A stretch of 64,000 bases of DNA, taken from NCBI RefSeq assembly GCF_009914755.1, contig NC_060928.1, one strand, 5' to 3'. The notes below the pieces were generated by a model that was not told where the DNA came from, made no database searches, and saw nothing but the letters and a program-made list of their open reading frames with translations. How positions within the stretch are numbered: position 1 is the stretch's first letter; each line of letters starts with the position of its first letter. This DNA is from the human T2T-CHM13v2.0 reference genome, Homo sapiens. Position numbers and translations under genes: made by a program. This document shows positions 57,040-64,000 of this stretch, piece by piece.

Positions 57040-58819
57040 GAAAACATGGTTGAAAGTCAATATCCATGTGATAAATTGAGTTAGAAAGCCAATGAGAGCT
57101 TAGCTAATATAAAAGGGATGGAATTCACTATCAAAACTTTTCAGAGACTTAGAAAAAATATGGAAAATTAGTGAAAATGTAAGAGAATGAGCCTTGAAAT
57201 ATCAAGATAATTAAACTGCAAACTTTAAGAAGGCAAGAAAGATATCCTTTACTTAGTTTGTCTTGTCCAACTAATGGTTAGTTGAATGCCATGCACATAA
57301 CACATCCCTTTGAGTACTTATTGAATAAATGTAGAATGTCATTCTGGAATAAATTGAGGCAAGAAACTAGAGGGATAGCAGTGTGAAAAATGAGATTAAT
57401 TTATTTGGTATAGAGTCAGTAAATTTAAGTGGGCCATTTGAAACAACAAGCTTAAAAGAAAACCAAATAAGCATTTTCAATGCATAGAAATGCAACCATT
57501 TTTCTCCTTCTGTACTTTATCCATTCAAACATTGCTTGAAAAAAATATAACTTTCAGTCTTGCTTTTTTATCTCCACCAAACTCAGATAATTTTGGTCGT
57601 TGATGACCTTTCTAAGCTAATTCCTATTTTAGAATGCTATGGATGAATGAATCTCAAAACTTCATTAACAAATTTATTTTATTCCATTTCCTAAGGAATA
57701 GAAACTTTTTACCTCCAACCCAGGGGAGCTATGAAACAAACTCCCCATTTATTTCCAATCTAAACACATTTGATAAAACAGGAAGAGGAATTTTTTATCA
57801 GATCTGTATTTTAAATTTTCATGACTGTTGTTCAAGAGTTTCCATTCTTCTTTATAAATATGTAGAGGCTTAAAATTCTTTTCTGAAAAATAAACTGCTA
57901 CTTTAAATGATTTTAACTCATTTTTATAATACCTTTTTTTATTCTCTGATGATCTCTTGCTGTTTTTCTTTCTCTAGAAATGTTCTAAGAATAAATTAGC
58001 TGATATACTAAGAAAGGTTCACAAAATGAGTCCTTCACCTATACAGCACCTCTTCTAAATAACAGAGAGATTACAAATCCAATGTATTCAAACTCTGAGT
58101 TGTCTATATGTGTAGTGTTAAAAAATGTAGCTGTCAGTTTTAACAGCTTTTCTCCTGAGATTTCAGTGGCTAGCTAATGATCTCTTTTAAGGATTAGGAC
58201 AATTTCTAGATAGTGAAATGGCAGGAAAACATATCAAATACATATTTTTCCATTATTAGTATTCTGAGGACTGTAAAGTCTTACTCAATGTATATCACTT
58301 TTAATTTTTAGGATACATAGAAATATTTGCTAGTAGAAATAAATGGCAAGTGTTTACTTGAAGATGGTTTAGAAAGACACTTTTCTCTTTTAATTTGAAT
58401 TGCTACTGTAAATGTCATCACATGTATTTCAGTATTGTCTATGCCAAATTTGTACCTGAAAAACAGTATTATGAATTGGGCATTATATTCCATCTTCATA
58501 AATTAAAAAAGAAACATAATAACTAGCGAAGTGGAATGAGGAAGGTGTGGGGAGACACAGAATTTTTCAAAAGTAGTAACTAATTCAAGCATGTATTAGT
58601 CAGCTTAACATATCATAACTTAAATGATTTAAATTAGGTATACGTTTATACCAATAAGTTTTAAATTCTTAATTCTAACCTCATCAAATACCAACAAAGA
58701 ATGCCCTTCCATATTAATACACTTTGGGAATTAAGATAAAGTATATGTAATTAAATCATCAAACTCCTTTTGTTGTTTAGCAGGTAGTTTGATATAATAA
58801 GAGAAATTGTGTTCTCATT

Positions 58820-58995
58820 ATATATCTGTCACTTAATGAATGAATGTAAAACCTTAATCAGGCTATCTGACTTCTTTTAGTGACATTACCCTTTTTGCAA
58901 CCAACACATCAAATTAGTAATATTTATCCTACAAAAATAATGTGAAGATAAATGAGATAAGATATATAATAGTCACAAATACTTATTGAATAAAG
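58820..58995 (+). mobile_element. MIR (diverged)
   Basis: 'taatatttatcctacaaaaataatgtgaagataaatgagataagatatataa'. Confidence 0.45.
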
Positions 58996-59591
58996 CTGTT
59001 TTTATTTATATATTTCTATGTACTTACTAGATATGTTCTTATTAAATATTTTATTATGGTATATGTCAAGTCTTTTACTTATTTTTTTATACTTAGTATA
59101 TTATAGAACTCACCATCCAATAAAATTGTAATACAATTTTCTTGATTTACTAATCCTAGGTGAAAAATATATATATATATATATATGTTGTCTTCTGTTT
59201 GAATTATGCTTAGTTGATGGCATTTTCAATAATCTCTCTGATTCTTCCTTTTCCTGTGTAAACTACTCTCATTCTCATTGTGGCCTAGATTTCTTTTTCC
59301 CTAATATTGCCTTCAGAGGCTAAGTTTCTAATATAATAACAATTTGAGTCTTTACCACTTCTCTCTAGAATCGTGATTTAGACTAGGTTATTAGAGTAAA
59401 CAATATGATTCCAATTTTTTTCTTTTTTTAATGGGCTAGCATCCAAAAAGCTTAAGAATTCTGGGGGGAAAATGACATAATTAAGCTAGATTATTTTAAT
59501 TTAAATTCAGAATTAAAAATCATTTTCAATAGCTTCTTTGTCTTTATTCAATTTAACAAGCTTTTGTTGAACATTGATTATATTTTGAATT

Positions 59592-60085
59592 CTATTTTTT
59601 CTTTTATTTTTAGTTGGCACATAATTATACGTATTTATGGGCTACAGAGTGATATTTTGATACATGTATACAATATGAAATAATCTAATCAGAGTAATTA
59701 GCATATCTATCACCTTGTACATTTGTCATTTCCTTGTGATGTGAATATTCAGAATTCTGTCTGGTAGGTTTTTAAAAAAATTCACTAAATTATTGTTAAC
59801 TTAATTCACCCTACAGTGCTACAGAACACTAAGAGCTATTCCTCCCTTCTAACTACAACTTTGTTACAAAGTTAACTTTGCTTACCAACCTCTTTCCATC
59901 CTCTTCTTATTCCCATCCTTTCCAGCCTCTGATAACTACAATTCTACTTGTTACTTTTATAAGCTCATTTTTAGCTCCCACATATAAGTGAGAACATGTG
60001 GTTTTTCTCTCTCTGTGCCTGTCTTATTTCACTTAACATAATGTCCTCCAGGCTCATCCACGTTGTAACTAATAACATGATTTCA
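59592..60085 (-). mobile_element. L1MA 3' end
   Basis: 'gtatttatgggctacagagtgatattttgatacatgtatacaat...atcagagtaattagcatatc...gctcccacatataagtgagaacatgtgg'. Confidence 0.85.
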
Positions 60086-60559
60086 ATTAATTACAAAACT
60101 TAAAAGGATACTCAACAGTGCCAAACATTCTATTTTAGTTTCCCAGTGCATTCACTCCCACAACATTCATAACAATAACCTTCTACAAAGTTACCACATG
60201 TCTTATGCTAAATTGATGGGATCTCCCAATATTAAGTAAATAGAATTAATCAGACAAGAACAGTTTCAACACAAGTTTTACAATTTGTCTCCATTTACTA
60301 CTATTTTTCCCTCCATTCCATATCTGAACTATTTTCTTCTATCAAAATTCTGTCCCTTAGCTCTCCCTCTCATTTTAGTATTATCATTCTCATTAATGAA
60401 TAATTCCCTTTTTGTTAAAAGTTTACATTGACTTACCGTTGTTCTTCAGTTATCAACTTACTTTGTATTCTTTCTTTGAAAGAAATCAAGCAATAGACAG
60501 TCTCCTTCAATATTTCCTGTACTGTCTTCAACCCACTTAGCTGAGTACTTTCTTTTTTC

Positions 60560-61630
60560 TCTACTTACTCACTTTTTCCCCTGAGTGTTCTCAAGCATTT
60601 TCATGGGTTTAAAGGCCAGTTACATGATAGCATCTCAGAATATTACCAATTTTGGTATCTTCTCTGAGTTAGAGCTTTGCATAGTCATCTACTTACTTAA
60701 TATCAAATGTGGATTGTTTTATAGACAACTGAGATTCATAATGTTTTAAGTAGAGTTTTGTTATTTTCTCTGCTTCCCAGTTTGTGTGTGTATGTTTGTT
60801 TGTTTACTTCAGCTGGTGTTCCCATTGATTTTATCTTATCTAATACACCAAAACCCTATCTATCAGTAGCTCTTTTCTTCAAACTTGCACATATCTTAAA
60901 TCTGTATTTCATTATTTTGAACAAGGTCTCCACCTTCTTGTCCTTTCACTTTAATAGTTTTCTAATTCATTTCCTTGTGTTTATTCTTGTCCCTGTAAAA
61001 ATTATTCTTGGTTTAAGAGGCAGAGATATATATGTATTATAAACACAGGGAAACAAATTAGATATAAACCAATTATTATAAACCAATGTAATAATAACAA
61101 CATATATTACATTTTTTTCTATTTTTTATTTCTTCTTTTTCTTTCTTATTTTTTGTAATGTAAGTAAGATTCTTTCCCTCCTCTGCTTTAAATCCTTTAG
61201 TTACTTGTGGAGTACGAAATTCAAATCTCCAGGATGCTAAAGCTCTGCTCTGCTGTCTACAACCACAGGCACCATTCAAGCCCCTCACTCCTAATGAGAC
61301 AGGGCTCTTTCCACTCTTGAAACACAGTTTTTCCCCATGTCAGGGTTTTGCACAAAGTAACATCTTGTCTTTGAAGCTTCATAGTTTGGCTTGTTAATCA
61401 AATGGTTCCTTTTCCATATTTAAGTCATCACTTTACATTTCATTTTCTTGGAGAGGTCTTCGCATGACTCCAAGCTATCACCAGTTATGTGCTATCATAG
61501 AACATGGTTTATCCAGAAATAGTGATAACTTTCATCACTATCTATCATTCTTTGGTTTTCTTTACATTTATTTTATATCTTAAACACTGTAATATAAAAG
61601 ACCTCAGGGATGGACCATGAATTTCATATT
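60560..61630 (+). mobile_element. L2 fragments
   Basis: 'catgggtttaaaggccagttacatgatag', 'tcagggttttgcacaaag', 'cttggagaggtcttcgcatgactc'. Confidence 0.5.
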
Positions 61631-61958
61631 TAGCACAATACTTCAGAAGATCCATACTATCCTTTTTCTTTTTTATTCATTTTATTTTAAAATTTTCATT
61701 TTGAACTACTTTAAAGCTTACAAAAATATATTTTAAAAAATCAAGAATTCCTATATATTCTTCACCCAGCTTCTTGACTGCTAACACCGTATCTAAGAGT
61801 ACAGTTACTCATATTAGGAAATTGATATGGAATTAGTTACTTACCTACAGACCTTATTTACATATTTTGTTCATGGTTCCACTAACGTTTTTTAACTATG
61901 ATCAAAATCAGGGTCACATATTGCATTTAGCTGCTATATTTCTTTAGTTTTCTTTATT

Positions 61959-62284
<326 letters not shown>

Positions 62285-63123
62285 TCATGCCCTTGATACT
62301 TGCTTTTTGTAGATTATTCTGAAGTTTGATTTTTTTTCTAATATTTCTTCATGGTTAAATTCACATAATATATTTTGGCAAGAATGCCACAATGCCGAAG
62401 TTGTCCTTCTCAGTGCATCATATCAGGAGGCACATGATATCATCGTGTCCTAATATTGTTGACGTTAACTCTGATCACTTGCATAAGATATTGTCTGCCA
62501 CATTTCTCCACTTCAAAGTTACCATTTTTAAAATCAGTATTTTGTTGAGAGATACTTGGAGATTATGTAAATATCTTGTTTCTCATAATTGTATCCACTA
62601 ATTTTAGTAGACTTGTCTGCAACAATTATATGGTATTTGCCAAGAAATGAGAATCTATTTCCAGTATTCTTTCTATATTTATTGATTAGAATTCTACTGT
62701 ATGGAAAAGCTTTCCTTTGTCCCCCTTTTCTTATTTATCCCATTATTTATTTATATTAGTGTGGATTCATGTGTATTTGGTTTAATTAATCTGAATAATC
62801 TATTGCCATCATTATTTATTCCCTTGCTCAATTTATCTCAGTTTGGGTCACTGAGAGCCACTTCTAGTTAGCTCCTATGTTCTTTGGCATGTCTCCATCA
62901 TTAGTTGAGACTTCCTTATTTTCTTAACAACAACAGATGTCTCAGACCCATTTTGTTCTTTCTGCCCCATGCACCTAGAATCAGGCATTGTTCCAAGGAG
63001 CTCTGTATCCTTTTAAAGAAGAAAAGAGTGAATCCAAGATTTGAATGCTAGATGTACTGATTGCTATTAAAATGTTATTGCTTCTAGTCTTAGTGGTTAA
63101 AATTAAGAAATATACACACATTC

Positions 63124-63421
63124 GGCCGGGCGCTGTGGCTCACACCTGTAATCCCAGCACTTTGGGAGGCCGAGATGGGCAGATTATGAGATCAGAAGAT
63201 CGAGACCATCCTGGCTAACACAGTGAAACCCCGTTTCTACTAAAAATACAAAAAAATTAGCTGGGCGTGGTGGCAGGTGCCTGTAGTTCCAGCTACTTGG
63301 GAGACTGAGGCAGGAGAATGGCATGAATCCAGGAGGCAGAGCTTGCAGTGAGCCGAGATCGGGCCACTGCACTCCAAGCTGAGCGACAGAGAAAGACTCC
63401 ATCTCAAAGAAAAAAAAAAAA
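63124..63421 (+). mobile_element. AluY
   Basis: Y diagnostics; TSD aagaaatataca(ca)cattc (63105-63123, 63422-63438). Confidence 0.94.
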
Positions 63422-63659
63422 AAGAAATATACACATTCACACACAAACATGTGCATCTAGGTCTATTTATATATCTACACATTCTTCTCAATTCCTATCT
63501 AACGTAGAAAAAAAGTAAACTGAAGTATATGTTGATAGTTTTGATTCTGATTGAACACCGTGTTATTCTAGTCTCCACTCCCCCTTATTTCTAAATTCTT
63601 TTTCTAAAACGGAATCACTTAGTTTTGTTTTAGTTAATATACTTAATATAATTATTTGC

Positions 63660-63808
63660 TTTTTATTTTTATTTTCTTAAATTTCAACTTTTAGATTTGA
63701 GGATATATGTGAGGGTTTGTTACAGAGTATACTGCATGATGCTGAGGTTTGGGGTATGACTAAACCCATCATCCAGGTAGTCAGCATAGAACCCAAGAGG
63801 TATTTTCT
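63660..63808 (-). mobile_element. L1PA/L1PB 3' end fragment
   Basis: 'ggtttgttacagagtatactgcatgatgctgaggtttggggtatgactaaacccatcatccaggtagtcagcatag'. Confidence 0.82.
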
Positions 63809-64000
63809 ATGGCACTTTACACATTCTAGAAAACTGGTTGTTAATTAGCACAAGCACCTATAATAGTGCCTGATATATTTAGTACTCAAAATATATGTTA
63901 AATTAAAAACAAATGTATAAATTAATGGTTGAATATCATAATAATTACTCAAAATGTAACATAATTCCAAAGGAGAAAACTTTTTTCTAAAAAGGCTCTC

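Overview
AT-rich primate (human-like) non-coding DNA with no credible intact protein-coding gene. The listed ORFs are mostly chance frames or repeat-derived (Alu, L1, THE1). Contents: a full-length THE1A retrotransposon with intact target-site duplications (TSDs), 9 full-length Alus plus one monomer, many L1/L2/MIR fragments, MaLR/ERVL/ERV1 solo LTRs, DNA-transposon MITEs and a 3'-truncated RPL7A processed pseudogene. Main discovery: a very old, heavily decayed but structurally complete class III (ERVL / HERV-S-like) provirus on the minus strand (3932-11148). It retains two mutually alignable LTRs, a tRNA-Ser(CGA) primer-binding site, gag/pro/RT remnants, an env-sized 3' region and a 4/5 TSD, and carries about six younger nested insertions. 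Second discovery: an ancient L1 3' transduction (48127-48659) that carried L2 and LTR sequence into a Tigger4a. There are also several candidate non-coding exons. All repeat-family names and protein comparisons were made by eye from remembered consensus sequences, not database searches, so subfamily labels and some boundaries are approximate.
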